From Mizuhopecten yessoensis (taxonomy: Eukaryota), in the NCBI RefSeq assembly GCF_002113885.1, contig NW_018404603.1, positions 171,571 to 235,570 of the forward strand: a stretch of 64,000 nucleotides of DNA, in the 5' to 3' direction. Below the pieces are notes generated by a model. That model was not told the DNA's origin, did no database searches, and saw only the letters and a program-made list of their open reading frames with translations. The position numbers and the translations under genes are program-made. Within the stretch, counting starts at the first letter, position 1; each line of letters opens with the position of its first letter. Shown here one piece after another: positions 37,391-50,344 of the stretch.

Positions 37391-40336
37391 ATTTGCTCAT
37401 TTGTGCTTGCACGTCTAGGCATCAGCTACAAGTAAGATCATTTTGATGATTGCGTCCATCCATGTTGGGACCACTGAAGGATGGACACCTTCCCCCTACA
37501 GGTCGTGGAATGTCACTCGCCAGGTCGGAGTGACTTTGTTATAGATCGATATCAGGTGTGGTTTTGTGACTTGGAGTTTGGATGTGACGTATCGAGTCAA
37601 TGTTTTGTTCATATACTCACCAACCTATAAACCTATAAAGAGGTGTTACAATACAAGGATAATAACACTAACATAGTTATTGTATATGTATATACATTGT
37701 ATTTATTTTTGTATCAATAATTTAATTAACACGTGATTTGTAATTAAACCTATACACATATCAACAATGTATGTCAGGGGCATCGCAACCACCCCGTGAC
37801 TGACCTAAACAGAATGATAGAACGTAAAATATTTATCAGAAAGGGACCGTAACAAATAATCGAGTTAGGCCAAAGGTCACACGGTCTGACCTCCATGTAC
37901 AGTAGTGTATCGGTTAGCTTCATCACAACAGATGGCAAGCATAATAGCATTACTGGAAACGGCAGTACGCTTATCTCTGATATATTGGGTAAATTATCGT
38001 ACGTGAAGAATTTTCTATATTTATTGCATAACCGTCAGAAATATCGTCATTTCCGGCAGTTCTTGGAAATGCGATCCTACCGATGTGTCTAGATAGCGTA
38101 ATTGTAGGTGCAGGTAAGGACGGACCTACTTTTTGTCAAGGGAGGAGGGGGAATGTCCAGTTTATACATTTTGCTGCTCCTTAAATTACTCTATATAATC
38201 GTACGCGTTGTAAAGACAAAGGTGGCAAAAAGGGAAATGAATCGGAGTTAAGTATTTCTCTGTACATCCGGCTTTTGTGTCTTGCGTTCGTCTTCTTTAC
38301 CTTTTTTCGCGCAATTTCCAGCGCACTACATTTGATACATGTTTTCAATATTGTTTGATGGTGTGTAAGAAGCAGAGCCATCTCTGGCATTAGGTACGGA
38401 TACGATCCTTTAAGCAAGGATATAATATTGCTCACAGACTGTCGGCAAGACTCGGATCCCTACAAAATAGCTCATCCTTTGCGCATGAATGAATTTATCT
38501 GTACCTCACATTAGGAATAAATTCAATCATTATTCCTGTTGGCTAAAGAATTCCATCCTACCTAGATGTTTTTTTTCTTTTTCTATGTGATCCTGCTTGG
38601 ACAAACGCTTGTGGTGTCACATTGAAAACAACTGAATGACGCCACTATCTTTAACCAATTGCCGACAAAATGTATTGTAGCTACAATTTAAGCTTTTGGC
38701 TAACGGAACTTTATTTTTGTATACTGTATCGTTCGATTGCAACAATACCTTTTTTAATTACTGAGGGAAATTGATCGTCGGTGAGACCTTCGGGCAAAAC
38801 CTTTGACCCTCGGGCAAAATCTCAAGCTGGACATTTTTGAATTTTGTCCATTGAAATGCGATTTTTTTTAACCCTCAAAGTGTTGATATATTTCATAAAT
38901 CTTTAAAACGCGCACAAAACACTCTGATAAGTACAAACCACACGTACATGTATCAGTTCAGACACAATGTATAAGTATGCATTGAAATCAGCTTAACCGC
39001 TCTTTGATACTTCGAACATTTGTTGTACACCCAGTTCTGAACCGTACACTTGTGTTAGGGAATATTACCGTAGCTGCAGTGCCTCTATTCTTTACGGGAA
39101 AATGACAATGTATGACGTGATATGCATTGTAGCGTTGTACGAGGTCATTGTAATTGCACTTATACAGGACGAGGCTTCGTCACTGGTATATAGGTTAAAT
39201 ACCTGTTGCCGTAAAGCTAACGTATCAGGAGAATGAGTAATGGCAGTGTATGAAACATAACAATATCATTGTTTCCTTTATCTTCATCCGGCAATTATCT
39301 TCGCGATAACCGAGCCGTGCGTACTACTACGCCACCTAGTGTCAGCTCCACACTGCTTATCCCGGGAACTTCAGCACGCGCAAACACAAATCTTACGTAG
39401 CTGATTGTCAATGCAACTGACACACGTGTTAAAAAACATACACTCTAGAATCTACAGTTAATTATATCCTATATATAAACTTGAGATTTTTGCTTAAGCC
39501 CGAGGACAATTCGTATTGAATTTTTATGCCGATAACAAGGCTTGTGAATTTGGTGTAACTATGTGTACCGGTAGCTTCGTCATGTCCATGCGATCCTGTG
39601 CACCAACCATTATGTGATATATGCACGTGCTGGGGGTAATTGCCCCAAACAGTCTCGGTGACACGCGAGGTCGAGCATGATTTATACGTGAAGCAATAGA
39701 GTTAATGTTTCTGTAATTGATAAAGAGATGATGATTTTTTTATACCGTTCACGATTCAGACAGGAGGGGTCGTTTATCATAATTTTGCTACAACAATTAT
39801 TGGACTAGTATTTTGCTACGAGAACATACAGTTGAGAGATAAAGACATTTTCTGAACCACATGTTTTGTTAATGTTAACACAAATTAGGATTATCATACT
39901 TGTGTCGTCCGTGTTGTTTTCCTTATTGTTATTCTGTGTTAGCCGAATAACTCCATTGGAATTGTTATGTAACGTGGCATAGCAGTATTGATCGGTAGCG
40001 ACCTATTATGTGAGGAATCCTTGGTTGGCTTAATCTGTCTCTCTCGTGTTTCCATCTATAGTCTTTGGTTCAATAAATGTCAACCACGGGGTCTTTGATA
40101 TCGCCTTTTGGGAACAGATGCTGACAAAACGAGCAACCTCACTGTAATAGTCGGCAATAACCACTTGATGCATTATACAAATCTGAATTGCAATACGGTG
40201 CCTTACACATCCGCGGTGCATGTAATGAATGGAACTGTTCTTATACGCATGCTTGGATTCTGTGCTCAAACCCACTTTATTGTACCTAACTAAATCATGT
40301 GACACTGTCGAAGGGTCAAGTGTAAACAATGAAAAA

Positions 40337-40585
40337 TACGGGGGCTTATATATGACATTTCGTCTTATGGTTTTGTCGCCCGCGAAAAGACGCCAAGCGA
40401 CAAAGCGAAAAAACGAAAGATTCAAACCCGCCAAAGCGTATAAAAATACAAAGAGAGGGAGAAAAGTTGCAATTTTATTTTCGCTTTGGCGGGTTTTCTC
40501 GTCTTTTTGTAATTATGTTTTGTCGCTTGGCGTCTTTCCGCGGGCAACAAAGCAAAAAGGCGAAAATGCATTATAAGCCACCATA
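40337..40585. mobile_element. Palindromic (foldback) MITE, ~245 bp, bounded by TA
   Basis: Left arm GGCTTATA..CATTTCGTCTT..TTTGTCGCCCGCGAAAAGACGCCAAGCGACAAA matches the reverse complement of the right arm. Inner AAACCCGCCAAAGCG / CGCTTTGGCGGGTTT pair is perfect. TA at 40337-38 and 40584-85. Confidence 0.85.
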
Positions 40586-40828
40586 GAAAACGGTATTCGG
40601 TTTTGAGTCTCCACAATGCTCTCCACAATGTTCTCACAGACCGTTGACAAAATGTGATTGTTATCAACTCACCATCGGGACAAGAAACTGGGGTTGAGTT
40701 CAGTATATCTGTTTGAGTAGGAGAACGGTTTCATGAGTACGGACCTCGGTGATACGTGTCATGTATAGTAAAACAGCGTTATGTAAAAGTTGTTTGAGTC
40801 ATGAACAGCATCGAAGAAAGCAAATTGG

Positions 40829-41067
40829 TCATTCGGAATACCCTGCACGACGAGCATGAACGCACATTGGTAATCAGCAAATCATTCGGAATACCCTGCA
40901 CGACGAGCATCAGAATACCCTGCACATTCGGAATACCCTGCGCGACGAGCATGAAAGCACATTGGTAATCAACAAATCATTCGGAATACCCTGCACGACG
41001 AGCATGAAAGCACATTCGGAATACCCTGCACGACGAGCATGAAAGCACATTGGAAATCAACAAATCA
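40829..41067 (+). repeat. Irregular tandem repeat, 53-bp base unit with truncated units
   Basis: Six copies of GAATACCCTGC within units of TCATTCGGAATACCCTGCACGACGAGCATGAAAGCACATTGGTAATCAACAAA. Confidence 0.92.
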
Positions 41068-43523
41068 AAAGTGGCAATGAAAACAATCAATTGTATGATA
41101 TAAATAACGATAGCTATTTATTACAGTATCAATAAACAATGACTGATGTTGACACATAATCTCATTATATTCCTATTTACCGATAGCTGTTATTGATACA
41201 GAACCACTGATATCGATAGCCTATACAAGGTTCGTGTGTCATCCACTGCTGGACCTTAAGATGGTCATATCATTGGTCCAGACATTCAAATCTTAGACCG
41301 CCGGTCCTCTAGTGCAATGTATACCCGACCACATATTGATCATAATAGGGCACATAGGCAAACGTGTCCGGCGCTTGTACGGGGAGATTTCAACGTGTTT
41401 CCATGTTTAAAACTGACGGATTGTTTAAAAACTATTAAGTACAGTTACAAATATTTCAAACTAAGTCATTTTAATATTATTTACTTGTTATGAAAGCAAG
41501 ATAAATAATAAAATAAAGATACAGAAATACTTTAAACGCGTCCCTTTTTACGTGAAAACTCCTGTCCGGTCCGATTAGTTCATACCGGGTAACGTGATAG
41601 ATAACATGCTAATATTATCTTTATCTAATAGATAGCCAATTAAAGACCGCCCGGGGTAAACAAAACAAATTAACGCCATCCCGCCCGGCCCATTCCGCGC
41701 GATCATATGATATAACGATCGATCGATCTTCCCTCCCATCGGCCGGCCGCCCTCCCATTAGACCGGTAAATGCGTTATAAAATGTCCGCACAGAATTAAT
41801 GAAGAAAGCTATTAATACATGGGACACAATAGGCAAGCTACGGGGCTATGTCTACAGGGGTGATTAAGCTCCATGTCCGTATAAGGTCATCCGCGGTTAT
41901 TAGGCGTTTATAAACAGGCTTCTGCATCTGTGGGTGTGCATGTTATCGACCGCGCGGTCAATATCTAGTGAGGAATAAAGAAAACGCCATAAGGTGTGGA
42001 TTTTGTTATCAATGGTCATAATTGCGTGTTTTTATCACCAATATGTCTCTGTTTAGATTCGTTACCAATCATAACGCCCCATTGTGTAAATAGGACTCAT
42101 TGCGGACACGTCAGGTGTGCCAACAGTGCAAATCACCAACAATGTTCCACATTTTTCATTTTGTTCTAAGAAAAATCTCATCCGTGTTTTCGTCCATCGT
42201 CTTACTTTGTGCTGGTCATCCAGATGGGGTTTTGCTTTCGAAAAAAATGTATCCCCTTAAAAATGCGTTCGAAACTTGAGATACAAAATCAATTTTTTAA
42301 TGAATAAATAAAGTTTCCGAGTTAATCCAACGTACGAAATGAATAAAAACAACTTCAGCTATATACTCGGATCTTCTATAGTTACATTTATCAGTTAGAA
42401 ATTATATTCAAAATCAACTCTTTTACTCAATTTTAATAGTAAAATGACATTTACTGTTCTATTCGTTGCTTACATGTATATCTTCGCGACTCCAAATTGT
42501 CAAATGCGCGAAAAAAGATTTAGCTGTCTGGTTGTTCAAAATCGCAAGGAAATGAGATGCTAGTCTGCAAAATCTTAGTATTAATCAATAAAAATATGGT
42601 TTAATTAGTGAGAAGCATTCCATTCGTTCAAACTTGTGTTAACGGAGTTCCACGGTATTTATAAGGAATAAAATATTTTTACGATTTCAAGTGTTATTAA
42701 TGTGCCACTGGTTTGTCGTTTGTAACCGTCTACATGATGCACAGTTTGTATTTAAGTATGACATTAAAACTGCTAGCCTAAGAGAGGGCTACTTGTGTAA
42801 ATTGCATTTCTGCAGAATGTAACTCCGGGCGAGAAATATGTGACACTTTTCAAAACATTAAATATAAATTCCGTGCCTGTTTCTAATTAGAGATGCACTT
42901 CACACCTACCAAAGTGCTAAACATATCCACACATTTCAGCTGTAGGTTCGACAGGTACGCGAGTTGATGAGTGAGGTCCTGATGAACTTACCACCTTGAC
43001 TTATATATATAGACTTTTCCTGAGGTCTGGTTTACACCGACTTACCAGCTTAAACAACCATTAACTCAGATTTACATAATGAAACTTGGAAGCATTGTTT
43101 TTAATTATGAGTGTGTCGTAATTTTTTACAAATGTTTGTTTTTCATGCATAAATTTATACATTTAGTGATTTAATTTCTGTGTTGTTTTTTTGTATATTA
43201 CCTTATGAGTTTAATTTAAATTTAGAAATAAATTCAGTTTTATGAATAGATCAACAAATGCGGTGTTCAAAAGTGTTTATTTAGCAGAGATTATCTATCA
43301 ATATTAATACTATATATATACTAGTACATTTTCTGGTGGGGCCTTAAACAGGTGTTGTCTTAAGAGAGAGGAGCAGGTTCTATATTAAGTGGATTTTCCT
43401 TTCAGCTACGTGTAATAATGCGTATTATGACTTACATCCCACCAGAATAACAGATAAATGGTCATCTATTACACGTAACATACACCCAATGTCTTCTCTT
43501 ATCTATCAAAACAAAACAAAAAT

Positions 43524-44100
43524 CGGCGCTAGGGTTCGACTCTTGTATATACACTGGGCGCTATAGTTCGATTTTGGTACATACATTGGGTTTTAGGATT
43601 CGACTCTGGTATATACATTCGGCGCTATAGTTCGAACTTGGTACATACATTGGGCGCTAGGGTTCGATTTTGGTACATACATTCGGCGCTATAGTTCGAT
43701 TTTGGTACTTACATCGGACAATAGGGTTCGACTTTGGCACACACCTTGTGCGCTAGTACCGGGACCCTAAAGTCGAAATGGTACGGACACTGGATGTTAC
43801 TTTTGGCGCCATAAAATGGGTTTGATAATACACTGTGCGATTGTATTGGGACTCCGGTGTCGGCTTAAGTACATACATTTGGCACTAGTGCTTGGACTCG
43901 AAATCCGCCATTGCGGTCCTGTACATACACTTGACATCAGTATTTCGGGCCTATAGATACATTTGGCGCTAGAACTGGAGCCCTAAAGTGTCCCTTGATA
44001 CATACATAGTGCATGCATTAAATATTGGGACTCCGGAGTCGCCTTTGGTTCATACAAGTTGGGACTATAATTGGGACCCAAGCGTCGCCGGTGATACATA
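43524..44100 (+). repeat. Minisatellite, 32-bp unit SGGCGCTAKRGTTCGAYTTTGGTACATACATT, grading into degenerate ~45-bp units
   Basis: Units start at 43524, 43556, 43588, 43620, 43652 and 43684 (exact 32-bp period). Later units gain GGGACTCCGGAGTCG. Confidence 0.88.
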
Positions 44101-45064
44101 CGATCATAGACCTACATGCATACACTAATCTTTGTGTCGGTTTCTGATCAGATACTCGCTCTATATTAGTCGTACTTAATCATTATTGTTATGACACTTT
44201 TCATTAACTTCATTTTTTTGACTTCGTTCACTTGAATACCGTTCTGCACCATCATACTTTACATACCAAATCATTTTAAGTCGCATGAAAAGTCTAAGAG
44301 TAAAATAAAGTTTATATACTACAACTTTTATAGCATTATGGTTTTGACCTAGCGTGAACTCGGTGATAATAAGGTTATCCCCCTTTGTTCGCAAAAAAAA
44401 ATTGTACGTGAAATCAATGTTGTCATTCAACAAAAGATTATATTCAGACCATACTTTTACAAAATTGTAAAACTTGACATTACTCGGCTCCATTAAACAA
44501 TAAAGTTAAGAAAATAATCGAAATGTTCTCCAATTTAACAAGCGTGTACACATGTCAAACTGTCCAAGATGCCCTCAAAGCAGTGGTCAAAGGGAGATAA
44601 ATAGGACATGATTATGATTCAATCTGACCCTTGTTCTAGTGAAAATCTCAGTACATTTTTTGTACTGGTGTTCTGTTGTACCAAACACTGAAAGCTTAAC
44701 AAGTGCAGTGATGCACTTCTGTTTGATACAGTTTATATGCACACTATACACCAACGCCAGCGTAACTTACTTTCACGAAAGGAAGACGAAACCAATTCAT
44801 TACACTAAATCCGAAAGCTTCCTGGATGCCTGTCGGCGCCCATCTGCACTGTATCAGGAAATGTACGAGGTAATTGAAGATTTATCGATGGTATGTTAGA
44901 CTCCTGTAACAAAACATACTACCGGTATCGATTTCCTGCCAATTTGTAGTTGATTGGTCGACTGAACTGTGCACAATGCTCCGTTTATACGTAAACTGCA
45001 GAAAGTCGTTGTTTGATAAGTAAATAAGTCTGTATACTTAAATCGTTTACATACACGTTTTAAG

Positions 45065-45330
45065 TTTATATGTAAACGATTTTCCTAAGACGTAAACTTC
45101 TCTCTATAGTCATTATAGACAAAGAAGTCATAGATGTTGGCCAAAAACGACGAGTTTTATTGCACAATTCGATGTTTGTTTGTAAATTTACTAAACTACA
45201 GGAACTTGTTGTAGCCTGTTATATTATACATGTAAATGATTTTCCAAAGACGCAAATTTCTCACTGATCATTTAGTCATAGATGTTGTCCTTAAATGATG
45301 GATTTTATTGCTCAATGCTATGTTCGAACA
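45065..45330 (+). repeat. Diverged tandem duplication (~160-bp period)
   Basis: ATGTAAAYGATTTTCC.AAGACG.AAA.TTCTC...AGTCATAGATGTTG.CC...TTTTATTGC.CAAT occurs twice, with traces of a third copy. Confidence 0.8.
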
Positions 45331-46292
45331 TAAACTGAAGGAAGTGGTTTGATACTTCCGTTTCTCTCTATTCGTGTCGTCATAGACGATGGCTTAAATT
45401 GATGAATTTTATTAGATCACTGATCCATATTTATCGGAGTATGATTGGCTTGAAATAAAAATTAACGCAAACATTTGTTATGGAGCTTCTTTTCAAAAAC
45501 ATTAGAAATCGTGAAGAAATTATTCTTTTGAGGGAGTCAAAATGTCTCTCTGAAGTTATGAAAATTTCAAGAATAATTCCAAAACTAGAATACAAATAGA
45601 AATTAAAGAGGGAGAACGCGACTTGTCAAGCTTGTACAATCTCGAACCACCAGATCGCAGTGGATACAGGCCAACAGCCTCCGTCGGTATATAAACATGC
45701 CAGGCACGGCAGGTTATGAGAAGCTATGTGGGCTCTAGATGAGGGACAAGACGGCAACACATATCACTCCTCAACATTTTTCTGCTCGGTAATATGGCAG
45801 GCCGTTTGATTGACAGCCCACACACCGGTAAACAAGAGCACACCTGTCGTGTAACAGTAGTAGGAGTTCACGTGTCAGTTTCACGGTGTTAAGTATGCTC
45901 CGATGTGATCTGATAATGCCTGCCTCACGTCCGCAGATTGGTGCCAGGGAGGTGTTGATGTTACAAAAAATAGTTTAACAATGAAGCATGAATATATAAA
46001 CAGTTATTTAAAACCTGGTAATACAGCTTAAAATTACGTAGTTTAAGAAAAACGCGTGAAAAAATACTTACAAAACACGTGTTGAGCTATTTACACGATT
46101 ATCTCCCCTTCTTAGTTGTGTCTAACACAGTTTCCTTTCCTTGTATGATTAGTTTATTGGAATAGCAAAAAGAAAGGCCTGTCGATATACTTAGTCGCTA
46201 AGTGGTTTCTGTCAAACGGGTTCAATGTCCCTCAATGTAATACAGTCCCACTATTATATACAGTAGCGGAAGCTGAAGCACACTTCCGCAAT

Positions 46293-46364
46293 TGGCTTAC
46301 CCCACATGTGTTACCATAGCTACATGTATGGCTTACCCCACGTGTGTTACCATAGCTACATGTA
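46293..46364 (+). repeat. Near-perfect 36-bp tandem duplication
   Basis: TGGCTTACCCCACRTGTGTTACCATAGCTACATGTA twice, one mismatch. Confidence 0.95.
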
Positions 46365-46464
46365 TAGCTGACAAAAGGTAAACAATGTCTCTGCTTTAAG
46401 ACAACGGCTATGGACTAAAGTACATGTACATATATGTTGTGTGTATGGTTTTAGCAATAGAATG

Positions 46465-46635
46465 ATCGGTTGGCGCACCCGCCTTTTACCGGGATAGCCT
46501 GGGTTTGATTCCCTGATCAGACGTGAAAAGGTATGGGAACACCTGCCTGATCCCGTTGATTTTCACCTGGTACTCGTGTTTCCTCTCCTGTTCAGACCCA
46601 TAGACCAGGCCAACAAGAGTAATTGACATAAACGT
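46465..46635 (+). mobile_element. V-domain SINE, decayed copy with tRNA-like head
   Basis: GGTTGGCGCAC...GGGTTTGATTCCC (B-box-like), GACGTGAAAAGGTATGGG..CACCTGCC, GGTACTCGTGTTTCCTC and GGCCAACAAGAGTAATT, shared with the other copies. Confidence 0.85.
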
Positions 46636-49600
46636 ATTACTAGTTTCACGTGTAAAATAGATGAAGTATTGAACCAGAAAATACAGGCTTCACGTGGATC
46701 ACGTGACAGAAAACAACATGAAATGGACGCTCCTCACACTGACCAGACAATGACCATCAAATGGGCACTTCTACTGTACGTAATCTAAGCCACGCAGACA
46801 CGTGTAACTATCGAGAAACCCTTTACTTAACATACGTGCACCGAGGATGTAGTCACTAGGACGCGACTTTTGCCAATTTCCGCCAAATCGTGCTCAATAA
46901 AACGCTTTAAAGGAAATTACATGTATATATATATACTTGAACACATGGTGTAGACGATTTAGGACTCCGTACACGCACACTTTACGCTATTGGGGATACA
47001 CGGCAACAGATGAAGCTTGGTGTTTTCATTAGGTTACAATATCATTGTACTTTACAAAGAAACAATTGGGCTATTTTTGGAATAATTAACGTTCCCATTC
47101 CTTTAATCTAGCATAAGCGCTGTAATTGGCATTTCAGTACTTTTTTACGAGAACGATGCTGAATTCTATGAAATGGTGGCTCTCCTTTCCTTATCCTGAA
47201 ACCAGAAGTTCGTCAATTCGAAAGTGGTTTTATAACTGTGTACATCGGTATGCTGTTGTGTATTTTGCACCGGTTTCTTTTATACAGGATTTACACGTAT
47301 ATTAAAAAAATGAAAAGAGAACGTCCGATATTCCTGATGTGTGGATGCGAAAACATCACAACAACACTACTATCTCAACAGTCGGAGAGTTCAGATCTGT
47401 TCCATTGAGTTCAAAATTCAATCATTTTGAAATAGAAGTAACACTTAACACATTTTGAAAAAAAAGCGATTGAAATCTGTTATCTAAAAGCACAAAGGCA
47501 GTGATTTTTGTCAGATTCATGCAAAATGATAGTGACTTTTGCAGATCACGTGTTCATTCGATAGCCAAACACACTACCTGTTACATACACCAATACCAAA
47601 TTTGTAGTTGTATACATGAAGCTCAACTCCGGCGCCAGTCATATGTCGACGGAGGTCAAAGGAGGCACCACGGAAAATATTGAAGGCTATATATATGCCA
47701 GTCAAACCTAGTCATAGTAGTGATGTAGTATATCATTTTCAGCGTCTCTTTAAATTTGAATAGGAAACATTAATAAGACGTCTATAATAAAGAAAACCAC
47801 CAGTGAGCCATGTACCTTATTCATGTAGTGTGTCTTTGTCAGCACCTATTAACGTGTATGTCAATGTCAGCACATCTTTGCAATTACCAAAAGAAAGAAA
47901 AATACCATATCTATATTGATAATAATGTACCCTTGCATAAAATAATTTTCAGTCTTTGAAACAATTCTTTTCGATAGAATTAACGATAGTTCGATAAAAG
48001 CGGCTATTTATCCGCAGACACTCGAAGAGCAGACTACGCCAAAACGATCGTTTTCGAATTGATAGAAATTCTGGAAACCTTAAAAGAAAACACACTTTTT
48101 ATATTGATGCATTTTCATTCTGTTATCTCCGATCTCCGTAATTGCCTACAAAACTGCCCCACTGTGGAAGTATTGATATTTCAAGCGTTCCATCGTAAAT
48201 TCTGGTGAATAGCTCCGTTAGCTTCCATCTTTCACAAAACAGGAAGTGCTCAGGCGGCCATCAAACTTACGATGACGTAACTGTAATTGCTGGCGGGAAC
48301 TGTGGGTTTACGACACAATTAGCATCTTAAAAGAATTTTTTTCGTTGAGCGCACTTTGCTGTCCAATTTGTCGAAGACTTTTATGTGTTCAAATCGATAA
48401 CTATTTTACACAATCTCTGCTCTCGCGCAGAACGTGACGGCTCGGTGTTTGTTTCTTAAAGTTGTCCCATGCAGACAGTTCAATTTCACATCGATAAATA
48501 GGGAGAAGAGAAAAAACAGTCTTACGGCAAAACCACCGCCTGGTGAAGAGGCCAACGGCATTGTTTTTCTCCGAGGAAAAGATGGAAACGTTTCTCGATG
48601 GATTCGTTCTAGACTACACAAAGCAGGAACTTATAAACCTAATCAGCAACATAGACATCAAATTTGAAGACTGAACAGAAGATTAATAGCATATCTGGGT
48701 TTTTTTATAGTTAATATCCATATCAAATAATGGATTTCGAAACAATTAAAAAATATATGTAGAAATACCTACAAACTAGACAACGCCATGTTCTCGTGAC
48801 AAGGAAAGACTTCTATTAACAATGCTTTTGCAGAAAATAAAATAAAAATATTACCACAAGCACTTATATAACTTCAAACAATTTGAGTGGTTGTAATGCA
48901 TTATATAAACTAGCACTTTGTTTTTAAATGCAATATTCCACGGTCATAATTAGAAATTAGAATTTAAATATTGGGTAATTTGATGCAGTTGAGACTACTA
49001 CTGACCTGTCAAATTATTTTAAAAAAAGACATAACCAGATTCAAAGTAAAAAACAAATGCTGTTAAATCAGATTCAGAACATAAAATTTGCTTCTAAATG
49101 GGAAGCGCTTGGTTGCAAAACGATCGTAAAGAGCACCGAACGACCTTTGTACAACCACAGACACTGTTTGCCGACAGCAGAGATTCGATCTGTATTGTAC
49201 ATTCTCCGTTTTTACGATAGAACATCGATGGTCATCAGCCTGTAACATCCACGATCATCTGAACGTTTAACACGTGCGGGAAATCCCCCGGTCCCAGCAG
49301 TCATACCGCGAACCCTTCCATATCACAGCACGAGACCCAGAGCATCACAAGACAAAGCGTTTTACTGACTTTGATAGACGTATCAGAGAAGGGCTACAAA
49401 TAGAATCAGTAGGAAAGGTAGTCAATGGTAAATAGTTCAGTGTTGCAAAATTATGACGTTTACCAGTCTCGGTCTGCCTTAGATCTAGAGCGTTTTGACA
49501 GCGCATGCGCTCAACTGGGCTCGAGTTCGCCCCCCGGGATCGGGGCCAAACATATTCGACAGTTGAAGATTTTACCTTAACGAAACATCTGATATCCTTT

Positions 49601-50344
49601 TTAATCATCGGCTGGGTAATTTATTTTGCGTAGTTAAGTAGGAACGCATTTCAAGGTAAACCAGACCGAAGTCACGTGGCTTTTTAAAGTAACAATGCAT
49701 GACTATTGCTGTACTGTAGTAGGCTTATGAAATATCCATCGGTAAACGGGACAAACAATATTTAGGCTTTCATTGTATAACGTCTTCAGGGAATTAGATT
49801 AATGGTTTTAGTGTGTTCTATCATTCCTAACTGTCAGACATCGTAACGTAGAGCTTGACAGACGATAGGACCGATACTTATATCTAATAAAAATCCATGG
49901 AAACGAACGGCAGTCGAAGGGAGACTACCAAATGTATAGTATTCTAGGTGGGTGTGTACTACCAATTTATTGATAGTTAACTAAAAAGATGTACTAATGT
50001 TGAACCTTTTAATTAATGCATGTGATAAAATTTATGCTTCTGTGCACATTGATACATATAAACACAAATTCTTGTTAAGAAAATAATCTGCAGTTTCTGT
50101 TTATCGATTTTCATTCACTTGACTCAAATGAGGTTTTTAAAAGGAACAGCAGAGACGTTACCGAATGAGCTCCACCAACTAATGTACATGCTATCTTGTT
50201 TCACATATATTAGGATTCTGTACCATCTATACTTTACCAAGGGTTGGTCTGAAATAAACAATCTCTTTATAGATGATTTAAAAATCTTGTTTGGATATCA
50301 GAAAAATCATTGACCCCGACGCCAAGAGTGTGACATCGTGGCCG

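Noticed and set aside
42975-42995. CTGATGA hammerhead ribozyme core (also minus strand at ~6660 and ~8230)
   Set aside because: No stem II followed by GAAA at a suitable spacing.
49285-49300. CCGGTCCCAGC resembling the twister ribozyme core
   Set aside because: Lacks the AAGCCCGG continuation and the pairing partners.
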